Part shown: piece after piece, positions 7,551-16,127 of the stretch
How positions within the stretch are numbered: the first letter of the stretch is position 1
Layout: every line of letters starts with the position of its first letter
Assembly (NCBI GenBank): GCA_018238155.1
Contig: JABCTZ010000005.1
Span: 1-20,624, forward strand
Source: Candidatus Heimdallarchaeota archaeon
GTDB lineage: Archaea; Asgardarchaeota; Heimdallarchaeia; JABLTI01
Direction: 5' to 3'
Length of the DNA stretch: 20,624 nt
Notes under the pieces: generated by a model
The model's database searches: none
What the model was told of the DNA's origin: nothing
Seen by the model: only the letters and a program-made list of their open reading frames with translations
Position numbers and translations under genes: made by a program

Positions 7551-9341
7551 TTGTTTTCCAATAAAAAACTCAAATTGATAATTATTAACATTATGCTCTT
7601 ATCGGGATTTTTAACTATAGCTTTTAACAGTCACCTATCTGTAACAGGAGTAGATTGGACATTAGAAGATACTTTTACTTCCACAGGAGATATTTTCCAT
7701 ACAGATATAACCACTGGAACAGAACCAAGTGTTGTCCATGGTTTGCTAAATTTTACTACTATAAATGAAGCAATAATTATGCTGAGGATTTACAATATTA
7801 CAGCGGGAAATAATACCCAGATATGGAATTCTGCACTAAAATCTTTCACAATAAGATTTGAAAAACCTATTCATCTAAACATAACTGTTCAAGCAACAGG
7901 TGGATCTTATCCAGCACCTTTCAAGCTTATTATTCACGAAAGTCCAATTGAATTATTAACAGATGAGGAAGAATATATTTGGAAGGAAACATTTTACGCA
8001 AGTGGAGATTTTCACTACATAGAAATTACTTATAGTGAAATAACAATTGTAGATGTTCATACACAATTAGATATTACTGGTTTACCTGATTTTGATCTTA
8101 CTACTAAAGTTTCTCCAGATAATTATGAGGGATGGATGTTTTCAGATGGTCCGGAAGAAGAGGAAAATTTCATTACATTTCAAGCAAATCCAGGAGAAGT
8201 ATGGACAATCTATTTTGAGCTAATCGGAAATCCAATTTATTTTCCAATGAATTTTACAGTAAACATTGATTCTACAGACAAAATTATTGTTGACTCTACA
8301 ACTGAAACATACACATCATGGTTATCAGAAGAGCATTCAGTTGATCTCTATTCAATTGATATAACTGAAATACCAGAAAAACTTCGGTGGCATTATGCAT
8401 CTGATTACTCGCTCATGATAGATATCTATAATGAAACTGATCTCATATATCATGATTGGGTAGAAGGAGATTGCTTCACATTCGAAAATATTGCTACATA
8501 TCTCTTCAAGGTTTCATGGGAGACGCCCCATGCAGGGATAAAAAACAATTACACTTTACGGATGCAACTAGGAAAAGTAGTCATTGATTTGATACCAGAA
8601 ACAATTACAATTGTTGATGATTTCTTCTTTGATGGATCAGATGAACCGGAATTTATTATCAATATTCCTTCAGGTATATACCAGCTAAAAGTAATTGAAC
8701 TTGGGAATCGACATGAATGGGCAGTGAATTTCACTAATGGTTACACAGAAAACTGGCAAAATTACTATTACACTACAATAATTATTGTCCCTCCATTTCC
8801 AGTTCAAGTTCATAATTGGAAAGAGTTGGTTTATTCTAAACTAACGAATACTGCTTGTTCCTTCAACTTTGAAATGTATAAAAAAAATGTTGATTCAGAT
8901 TATAAAATTGGCTTTTTAATAAGAGATTATACTCTTTCAGACAATCTTGTACAAGAAAAACTTGAGGGAAATCTTCGTAATTTTCAAGATTTTGATTTAT
9001 ATCGAGTAAATCTACAGAAAGATAAATTGTTAGATATGAGCCTTGATTCGGTATTTCTAGCACAAGCATTGTCAGTTGAAATCTTCAACGAGGATTTTAC
9101 TCATCAAGGTATTTGGAAGATAAACCATACATCAGGGGGCTCTTTTGAGCCTGCTGAAACAGGTTATTTCTATCTAAAAATCTTGCCCGATGATAATTAC
9201 ACCAATTATTATTCTCTTATAATTAAAATTCAAGATGCAACGAAAAAAGGTCCAGGATTGAATTTTGGCTATTCAATACTAAGTTTATTGTCATTAGAGC
9301 TAATAATAATGATTCATAAGAAAAAGAAATCACTAAGGTAG
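7551..9341 (+). CDS. Secreted/cell-surface protein with tandem beta-sandwich (PPC-like) domains and a C-terminal sorting signal
   Basis: N-terminal signal peptide; DFDLYRVNL...ETGYFYLKI PPC-like motif; C-terminal KKGPG + hydrophobic helix + KKKKSLR. Confidence 0.8.
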   Translation: MFSNKKLKLIIINIMLLSGFLTIAFNSHLSVTGVDWTLEDTFTSTGDIFHTDITTGTEPSVVHGLLNFTTINEAIIMLRIYNITAGNNTQIWNSALKSFTIRFEKPIHLNITVQATGGSYPAPFKLIIHESPIELLTDEEEYIWKETFYASGDFHYIEITYSEITIVDVHTQLDITGLPDFDLTTKVSPDNYEGWMFSDGPEEEENFITFQANPGEVWTIYFELIGNPIYFPMNFTVNIDSTDKIIVDSTTETYTSWLSEEHSVDLYSIDITEIPEKLRWHYASDYSLMIDIYNETDLIYHDWVEGDCFTFENIATYLFKVSWETPHAGIKNNYTLRMQLGKVVIDLIPETITIVDDFFFDGSDEPEFIINIPSGIYQLKVIELGNRHEWAVNFTNGYTENWQNYYYTTIIIVPPFPVQVHNWKELVYSKLTNTACSFNFEMYKKNVDSDYKIGFLIRDYTLSDNLVQEKLEGNLRNFQDFDLYRVNLQKDKLLDMSLDSVFLAQALSVEIFNEDFTHQGIWKINHTSGGSFEPAETGYFYLKILPDDNYTNYYSLIIKIQDATKKGPGLNFGYSILSLLSLELIIMIHKKKKSLR

Positions 9342-9350
9342 ATTTCTGTT

Positions 9351-9923
9351 TCACTTTTTTTTATATTCGACACTTACTTCTGTTTCCTCATTCTCTGAAT
9401 TAATTTCATCGTCTTCATCATCAAACCAAAGATCTTCGTCTACCCGTTTAGTTGCTTCCTCTAAAGCATTATTTTTTTCTACTTGCTTGTTTTCATCTGA
9501 ATTGATTTGAATTACTGTAGTGATGGTTGATTTTAGACTTATCTTTTTATTTAGATGATTTTGATAAATTTTAGGCAAGCTGTTAGCAATAAAAGCGAGA
9601 TCCCCTTTTTTGTTCTCTCGCAAAGTAGCAATAACTTTCTTGAAATAAGATTTAACTTTTTCAGGATCAAAATCATTCTTTTTATAAACAGCTGTTAGAG
9701 AAGCAAGCATAGCCTCTTCATTAGAAGGAATTAAGAAAATGTAACTAGCAAAAAAGTAATTATTAATTTCAGAGGAAATAAAATCCCCCTCCATAACACC
9801 AAAAGGTAAGCATACTTTTGGTAAATCTTTGAGCTTTCGTTTAAAGAAAAAATCAGGAAATATACGAATTATTTTCAAACCAATTTCTTTTTTTACTATG
9901 AGGAATACATGGTCTGGTTTCAT
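9351..9923 (-). CDS. Putative uDENN/longin-like domain protein with acidic C-terminal tail
   Basis: IGLKIIRIFP...LKDLPKVCLPFG...FISS...YFFASYIF resembles the uDENN 'P..l..fP....i.kFCfP.G' pattern; tail DEDLWFDDEDDE. The CDS itself is confident, the fold call is inference. Confidence 0.6.
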   Translation of the reverse strand: MKPDHVFLIVKKEIGLKIIRIFPDFFFKRKLKDLPKVCLPFGVMEGDFISSEINNYFFASYIFLIPSNEEAMLASLTAVYKKNDFDPEKVKSYFKKVIATLRENKKGDLAFIANSLPKIYQNHLNKKISLKSTITTVIQINSDENKQVEKNNALEEATKRVDEDLWFDDEDDEINSENEETEVSVEYKKK

Positions 9924-10017
9924 TTTTTTAAACTCAAGATATTTAAGCGATGGGTTATTAAAACCTACTTCTCATATTTAAAAATGATTAGTAGTAATAC
10001 TAATCAATTTCTCCCAT

Positions 10018-10956
10018 TCATTTTAATGGTGGTGCCTTTCCTAAAGTTATTTTCATTTCAGATTTTTTACCCTTTCTAAGATAGGTTATTTTTACTTCAT
10101 CTCCAATTCGTCTCATAACGATTTTCTGAGTAAGTAACTGAACACTACTGACCTCTTCATCATCTAGTCCAATGATAATATCACCAACTAATAATCCTGC
10201 CGTTTTTGCAGGACCTTTTGGAACCTCAAGTAGTAAAGCACCTTTTTCTACTGACAGATTATAATAGGTGGCTAATTTTTTGTCTATTGTATAACCAACT
10301 ACACCCATCCAAGGAGTGCTTATTGTTTTTGTTTCTTGAAATTCATCTAGAACACCTTTAATGGAATCAATGGCAATAGCAAAACCAAGACCTTGAGAAT
10401 GCTGAATGACAGCAGTATTAATTCCAATCAATTCACCTTGAGTGTTAACTAATGCACCACCACTATTACCAGGATTAATATCCGCTGTTGTTTGAATCAA
10501 ACCTTCTAATTGCATATTTCCAGCAGAAATAGTTCTATTTAAGGCGCTAATCATCCCGAAAGTAACGCTCTTACCAAGCCCAAGTGGATTTCCTATTGCT
10601 AAAGCAAATTGCCCTACTTTAAGAGAACTCGAATCACCGATTTTTATTGCTTCTAGATCTGGATCTTTATCTACTTGTAGAAAGGCAATATCTTGTCCAC
10701 GCATTTTTCCCAGTACTTTAGCTTTCAATTTTTTGCCATCGTGTAATTGTACTTCGACAGCAGTGGCATTTTTGACAACATGACCATTTGTCACAAGAAT
10801 TCCATCTGCATCAAAAATAACTCCTGAACCTTGCCCTTGAACAGGTTGCACTCGAAATAAATCAACTCTTGCTAATACTGTTGTGGAAACACTAACAACA
10901 CACGGTAGAATATCATCTACTACTTCAACCAAATTTTTTTCTAAACCTTGAAACAT
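10018..10956 (-). CDS. htrA: HtrA/DegP-like S1C serine protease with one PDZ domain
   Basis: GSGVI, VTNGHVV (His), DIAFL (Asp), AIGNPLGL, IQTTADINPGNSGGAL (Ser), C-terminal PDZ (GPAKTAGLLVGDII). Confidence 0.95.
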   Translation of the reverse strand: MFQGLEKNLVEVVDDILPCVVSVSTTVLARVDLFRVQPVQGQGSGVIFDADGILVTNGHVVKNATAVEVQLHDGKKLKAKVLGKMRGQDIAFLQVDKDPDLEAIKIGDSSSLKVGQFALAIGNPLGLGKSVTFGMISALNRTISAGNMQLEGLIQTTADINPGNSGGALVNTQGELIGINTAVIQHSQGLGFAIAIDSIKGVLDEFQETKTISTPWMGVVGYTIDKKLATYYNLSVEKGALLLEVPKGPAKTAGLLVGDIIIGLDDEEVSSVQLLTQKIVMRRIGDEVKITYLRKGKKSEMKITLGKAPPLK

Positions 10957-11173
10957 TTCAAATCAGCTCATTCGCATCATATTACTACTGTGCTAAACTT
11001 CTAAAAAATAACTAATAAATAATTTCTATTTGAAGATTCTTCTACAAATGGAAAAGAAAACTACTTGAAAGCTAGTAGTGAATGTAACAATGCCGTATCA
11101 CAGCAAGTGGAAATATTTGAAAAACTTTTCTTAGTACAAAAAACGTTTTCAAAAAATGAAAAGTAGAATTTTT

Positions 11174-12070
11174 TTATTCTGAAACCTTTTCTAGGATCTC
11201 ATTCTCAACAAAATTTGTTCTAAATTTGTTCGCTAATAATCCATCTGTAATATAAAAGACGTTCAAGAAAATAATGATCACTAGTTCTATTATTAGAATT
11301 ATTTCCGGATTTGACGCAAAAACAGTATCATATTTATCCCAACTAACTAGGATATCAGGAAATTTAGTGCTAACAAATAGATTGTCTAGAATATTGGTTA
11401 GTAAAACTCCAAAAATAATATAATTAATTAAAAAAGCAATAATTACTCTTTTCATCTTTATCTTTAATTTCTTCCGCTCGTAATTATAACCAATATATTG
11501 AGTACATCTCGTAATTAACCAATAATTTAGAGAAAAATGAGTTACTAGTAGTAAAGTCATGATAGAAATGATCAATAAGAGTTCTGAAATCGTAGGATGA
11601 TAAGTTAGAGGAAATTCAAGATTAGGATTTTCTTCAAGAAAATTGAATTCAGTATTTCTTGGCAGTCCACTTAAATGTATTAATCCAAAAATTGCTAATG
11701 GGATTACTAACATAATCCCTACATCCTTAAACAAATGCAAAAGCCTACTTCGTATTTCAATGTTTCTTGTTGATCTCTGTTGCCATTTTTCAAAGGTTTT
11801 AGTGGTACCTATTACAAGATAAATAATGGTTAAAATAGAACTAGATGCAAGTGTTAATTTAAATATACTAAGAAAAAAGAAGAAAGGATTAAATGACATA
11901 GCGAATATTGATTCAGCAACAATAAAAATAGTTGTCACCAATAAATAAGCTATTCGCATCCGACTTACAATATATTTATTCTGTGGTATAGTTTTCACTA
12001 AGAAACTAATTTCCTGGTATGTAGAATATTCAATGCTTTTCAATTGTTCTTCTTCAATCAATGTTATCAA
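11174..12070 (-). CDS. Polytopic membrane protein, paralog of 12087-12938 (candidate immunity/partner protein)
   Basis: Shared motifs TFEKWQQRSTRN and LNVFYITDGLLANKFRTNFVE. AGGAG spacing suggests the true start may be the TTG at 12061. Confidence 0.85.
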   Translation of the reverse strand: MITLIEEEQLKSIEYSTYQEISFLVKTIPQNKYIVSRMRIAYLLVTTIFIVAESIFAMSFNPFFFFLSIFKLTLASSSILTIIYLVIGTTKTFEKWQQRSTRNIEIRSRLLHLFKDVGIMLVIPLAIFGLIHLSGLPRNTEFNFLEENPNLEFPLTYHPTISELLLIISIMTLLLVTHFSLNYWLITRCTQYIGYNYERKKLKIKMKRVIIAFLINYIIFGVLLTNILDNLFVSTKFPDILVSWDKYDTVFASNPEIILIIELVIIIFLNVFYITDGLLANKFRTNFVENEILEKVSE

Positions 12071-12086
12071 TCTCCTAAAAATGAGT

Positions 12087-12938
12087 TCAATCTACAGTAG
12101 CAAGAAGATCAATCTCAATAAAGTTTGTTCGTCGTTTATTTGCAATGATACCATCAATAATATAAAAGAGATTAACAGCAACAAGTATTCCTAATTGCAA
12201 AACGAGATACAAATAAGGTTTCGAAGCGAAGAAGGAATCGTCTAGAAAATGGAAATTAGGAAAAGCATCTGGATAAATAAAGTTGAAGTAAACATGATCC
12301 GAAAATAGTGGTATAAAATTCCAAAAAAGAAGATTAATAAGAAGAGTACACATGAATCTTTTAAAATCCTGTATACTGATTTTTTTGTACTTATTAAATC
12401 CAACGACTTTGAAACCGCGATTATAATACCAATATATACTTGTAAAGAGTGCTACTACTTGTAGTAAGATAATGATTACGAAGAGCACTCCTTCGATTTG
12501 GGAGGGTGAAAATCTTAATGGGCTTGTACTGGAATCTCCAGGAAAGTGCTTTTGTTCAAGGTCATAAGGAAAACCAATGAGATAGAAAATTCCAAAAATC
12601 ACAGTAGAGAAAACAAAAAATAGTAGACCCTCGAGTACTGCAAGCACTAGTTTTCCTAGTAAAGCCTTATTCCTGTAAGAGCGATTATGCCAATTGTCAT
12701 AAGTCTCTCTATCTGAAACAAAAAAATATCCTGATGCCATAAACAATGAGAAGAAAATAACTGTTTTTAGTATACCAAGAAAATAATAATAAACATTGAA
12801 AGCTCCCAATGCCATAGAAAAATAAAAAACTATTATAATACAGAGGATATAAAACACAATCCGAAACCGTAGGAATTTCTTTTTCCAATAATCACTAGTC
12901 TTAATCATAAATCGTGTTTTCCTAATTGAATCAAGCAT
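12087..12938 (-). CDS. Polytopic membrane protein, paralog of 11174-12070 (candidate immunity/partner protein)
   Basis: Shared motifs TYDNWHNRSYRN and VNLFYIIDGIIANKRRTNFIE; 16-nt gap to the next gene. Confidence 0.85.
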   Translation of the reverse strand: MLDSIRKTRFMIKTSDYWKKKFLRFRIVFYILCIIIVFYFSMALGAFNVYYYFLGILKTVIFFSLFMASGYFFVSDRETYDNWHNRSYRNKALLGKLVLAVLEGLLFFVFSTVIFGIFYLIGFPYDLEQKHFPGDSSTSPLRFSPSQIEGVLFVIIILLQVVALFTSIYWYYNRGFKVVGFNKYKKISIQDFKRFMCTLLINLLFWNFIPLFSDHVYFNFIYPDAFPNFHFLDDSFFASKPYLYLVLQLGILVAVNLFYIIDGIIANKRRTNFIEIDLLATVD

Positions 12939-13036
12939 TATTCTTCACTCTTTGTTTCTGTGTTTAGCAGTTTTATCTATTTTAATATTCACTCTTTATT
13001 ATTACATTTTTCTTTTTAAAAAAAGAATGGAGGTTG

Positions 13037-14161
13037 TTACCCAACCACATAATCATTATCTAATAGATCTACCATAAAATTAGCTATGTAGATACCCACA
13101 AGTAATATAGTGGTACCAATTCTTATGAAAGTAGCTACTCCACCTGTCGTAGCATCAGCAAAAAATTGTACAAGAAGTATAGCTCCACCTAAAAGTGTTA
13201 ATGCTACAAAAACAGCTATTTCCCAAGCAGGAGCTGCAAATATTGCAGAAAATAAACATCCTAAAGCATCAAGTATTATTCCAAAAAGACTTGATGTCAG
13301 TTTTTCTAGAGTCATTCCCCCAGCACTGTAGAAAGCAAAAGCAATGAGTAATTGCATTATACCTGCTGCAAATAAATCTATTGCAGCAAATTCAAGGAAA
13401 CTGAATTGAAAAGGCATGACATAGACTACTAATAAAATTTGTATTATTAAAACGAACAGCATTAGAATATGATAAAATAATTCAATTCCACTCATATCTA
13501 GGAAAACATTACTTGTCATAGATTTAAGTATGTCAAAGGCCGAAGGCAAATTAATATTAGAACCACTTCCTCCTTGTCCGGGATCAAAAACATGAAGTGG
13601 TTGATATTGTGTTTTTCCTTGTTGTAATGATTGATAGTGCATAAATACTTTTGATAAGACAATATCCGACCCTGTTAGGAGGTAAGATATTAAATAGCTT
13701 CCTAATTTTGCATCTATCTCACCCTTGAAGGTTAGAACATCTTTTTGAGTGAGTGAAGTTTGTTTGATTATTTCTTTCGAGAAACAAGAGAGTACAACAT
13801 CAAAACTATGAGAATGCTGTAGGTCTTCTGAGAATTCCTCCCAGGAGGAAAGTGCATTATTGATAGTTATTCCTTCTTTGTTTCCGTGACCAATCCAGAT
13901 CAATGGTTGAATGATCCTATGTGCTAAGAGTTGATATTTCAATGATCCATACTCAAGAATATGCATCTCTGGAATATTCTCCAGTAGAGTATTGCTTGCT
14001 GTTGTTATTGCATCATCTCTATCAAGATGAATTGCAAAAGTTCCCGGTACAAACGTTGAAAATGCTTGTATGAATGGGACACTCGCCATTATTACCATAA
14101 CAAAGACTGCTATTTTGCCTTTGTTTGTGAAAATTGTTTGTGAAAATTCATACCATCTCAC
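13037..14161 (-). CDS. Exported caspase/CHAT-like cysteine peptidase domain fused to a hydrophobic multi-helix C-terminal domain
   Basis: Signal-like N-terminus (KGK + hydrophobic + IQA); LIWIGHG (H92) and VVLSCFS (C126); VLTFKGEID; DPGQGGSGS linker; ~150 aa hydrophobic C-terminus. Confidence 0.7.
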   Translation of the reverse strand: MRWYEFSQTIFTNKGKIAVFVMVIMASVPFIQAFSTFVPGTFAIHLDRDDAITTASNTLLENIPEMHILEYGSLKYQLLAHRIIQPLIWIGHGNKEGITINNALSSWEEFSEDLQHSHSFDVVLSCFSKEIIKQTSLTQKDVLTFKGEIDAKLGSYLISYLLTGSDIVLSKVFMHYQSLQQGKTQYQPLHVFDPGQGGSGSNINLPSAFDILKSMTSNVFLDMSGIELFYHILMLFVLIIQILLVVYVMPFQFSFLEFAAIDLFAAGIMQLLIAFAFYSAGGMTLEKLTSSLFGIILDALGCLFSAIFAAPAWEIAVFVALTLLGGAILLVQFFADATTGGVATFIRIGTTILLVGIYIANFMVDLLDNDYVVG

Positions 14162-14208
14162 CGAAACTGATCCTTTTCGAGAATCATTTTTATAACAATA
14201 AGATTTAG

Positions 14209-14225
14209 TCTTTATAAATATATAT
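14209..14225 (-). promoter_or_regulatory. Putative archaeal TATA box for the 14161-11174 cluster
   Basis: TTTATAAA at 14211-14218 within TTTATAAATATATA, ~50 nt upstream of the GTG; AAGGA precedes the start. Confidence 0.45.
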
Positions 14226-14560
14226 TCTTTTTACAACTAGTAGAGAATGAAAAGTAAATCTACTAAACTATTGATTTCATTGGAAGATTGGTTGCACTAT
14301 TGTGGTATCAATAGAAGAAAAGCTATTCTGATTAGTGGGTAACAGTTTGAAAGCAATAATTACCTTTCTTGTATTGAAACTAAGTTAGTAATATACTTTT
14401 AAAGATTGATTAAAATTATTTTTTTGCATCAATGTGGTTAATGAAGTTTAAGTTTCACTCAGAGATTTTTTTATATGTAACATTCAATATGTTTTTATGG
14501 ATAAAACAATTTTGATAGTTAAACGGTTTTAGAATATAATCTCCACTACGTGGTAATGAA

Positions 14561-16021
14561 ATGACACATGAAAAGGAAGAAACAAAGGCATCATTCAAAG
14601 ATGTTGTCAAGTCAATGAATTATAATATTAAGCTAGTTTTTGCCTTCTATACAACGAGTTCTTTGGGCAGAGGTATTTGGATGGGGAACGTTCTTAGCGC
14701 TTATATCTTTCTTTTTTCTGAAAGTGGAGGAGGATTCTGGGGGCTAAGTTCTAATGTTATATTAGGATTAACTGCTGCTGCTTCAGGTATAACCATGACT
14801 CTCTTTGTCTTTCCTGCAGGATTTATGGCTGATAAATTCAGGCGAGATATTATCCTCAAATCTGCAACTGTTATTGGGATAGCTGCAATGGCATTTCTTA
14901 TCTTTGGTAATTCAATAATTTTCATCTTTATTTCATTGTTGTTGTGGGGATTGTTTAATGCTCTAGTTCGTCCTTCACTTGAAGCATTATTTGCTGATTC
15001 TGTTGAATCTGGACACCGGTCAAAGGTCTATTCGTGGGGACATTTAGTAAGACAGATTGCTATGGCACTAGGTCCATTCATTAACATAGGTCTATTCTTC
15101 ATTTTCGGTGATGAATGGAATTTAACGATACTCCGAAGTGTCATGATTGTAGGATTAGTAATTACAATGATTTCAATTGTTTTGATGTTTTTCTTCAAAG
15201 ATGACAAAACACTTGGTAAAGAAAGTGAAGAAATCGCTGAAGAAGTTGTTACTAATAAACCAATTGAACAATCAAAGGAGCAAGTTAATGGAAATGGAAT
15301 GCACTTCGGGAATCGCCTCGCAAATTTAGATTCTGAGCTGAAAAAGAAACTTATTCCGATTATTCTAGTGATAAGCAATGTAATAATAGGTGTAGGTGCC
15401 GGAATGACAGTAAAATATTTCCCTATATTCTTTATGAATGAATATGCTTTGTCACCTGTTATATTACAGATAGTGATGGGCACTACTGCATTGATTACTG
15501 GTTTATTTGGTATTGCAGCACAAAAAGCTTCACTAAAATTAGGTCGGGTTCAAACGATATTTTACGTTCAATTTATAGCAACTACTTGTTTGCTTTTTAT
15601 TGCAATTTATCCACCAATTGCAATTCTTATGCCTTTGTTCATTCTCAGAGGTTCTTTTATGAATGCAGGTCAACCACTTAGTCGTTCAATACTGATGGAT
15701 GTTATTCCTAAAACAAACCGCGGGAAATGGAATTCAGTAGAAGCAATAGCTTGGGGTCTCTTTTGGAACGTTTCAGCAGTAATCGGTGGTTTCCTAATTG
15801 GTGACTCAAATAGATATAATCTCTGTTTCATTATAACTACCTTTGTCTATATTATTGGCATGATTCCAATTATTATTTTAATGCCTTTAGTAGGTAAAGA
15901 GAGGGAAGCGAAAGAAAAAGAAGGATTATCTGAAGAACCATTACCTAGTGAAGAATTTGGTTACGAAGAAGTTTTTGGAGAATCAGAACCAATTAAAAAA
16001 GACGTTACTGATGTGGGTTAA
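14561..16021 (+). CDS. Major facilitator superfamily transporter
   Basis: GFMADKFRR (motif A), ADSVESGHRSK, second-half MDVIPKTNRGKWNS; ~12 TM with a long central loop. Confidence 0.93.
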   Translation: MTHEKEETKASFKDVVKSMNYNIKLVFAFYTTSSLGRGIWMGNVLSAYIFLFSESGGGFWGLSSNVILGLTAAASGITMTLFVFPAGFMADKFRRDIILKSATVIGIAAMAFLIFGNSIIFIFISLLLWGLFNALVRPSLEALFADSVESGHRSKVYSWGHLVRQIAMALGPFINIGLFFIFGDEWNLTILRSVMIVGLVITMISIVLMFFFKDDKTLGKESEEIAEEVVTNKPIEQSKEQVNGNGMHFGNRLANLDSELKKKLIPIILVISNVIIGVGAGMTVKYFPIFFMNEYALSPVILQIVMGTTALITGLFGIAAQKASLKLGRVQTIFYVQFIATTCLLFIAIYPPIAILMPLFILRGSFMNAGQPLSRSILMDVIPKTNRGKWNSVEAIAWGLFWNVSAVIGGFLIGDSNRYNLCFIITTFVYIIGMIPIIILMPLVGKEREAKEKEGLSEEPLPSEEFGYEEVFGESEPIKKDVTDVG

Positions 16022-16090
16022 AACAGATATTTGAAATCAGTCAAACCCGTATATTATATGTTAGATAGACTTTTTTCTTTTCTTCATTGT

Positions 16091-16106
16091 AAGAAATTTT
16101 TATATC
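16091..16106 (+). promoter_or_regulatory. Putative BRE/TATA promoter (likely leaderless guaAB transcript)
   Basis: AAGAAATTTTTATATC, with the TATA ~25 nt before the ATG at 16128; no RBS. Confidence 0.5.
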
Positions 16107-16127
16107 TTTCAAAATACTTTATAGCTT

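Noticed and set aside
8549-9069. Two short minus ORFs (61 and 68 aa)
   Set aside because: Antisense to the 596-aa surface protein.
13110-13331. 73-aa + ORF as a possible antitoxin peptide
   Set aside because: Codon-aligned antisense shadow of a hydrophobic coding region; no independent support.
14701-15483. Minus ORFs of 74 and 151 aa
   Set aside because: Antisense shadows of the MFS gene.
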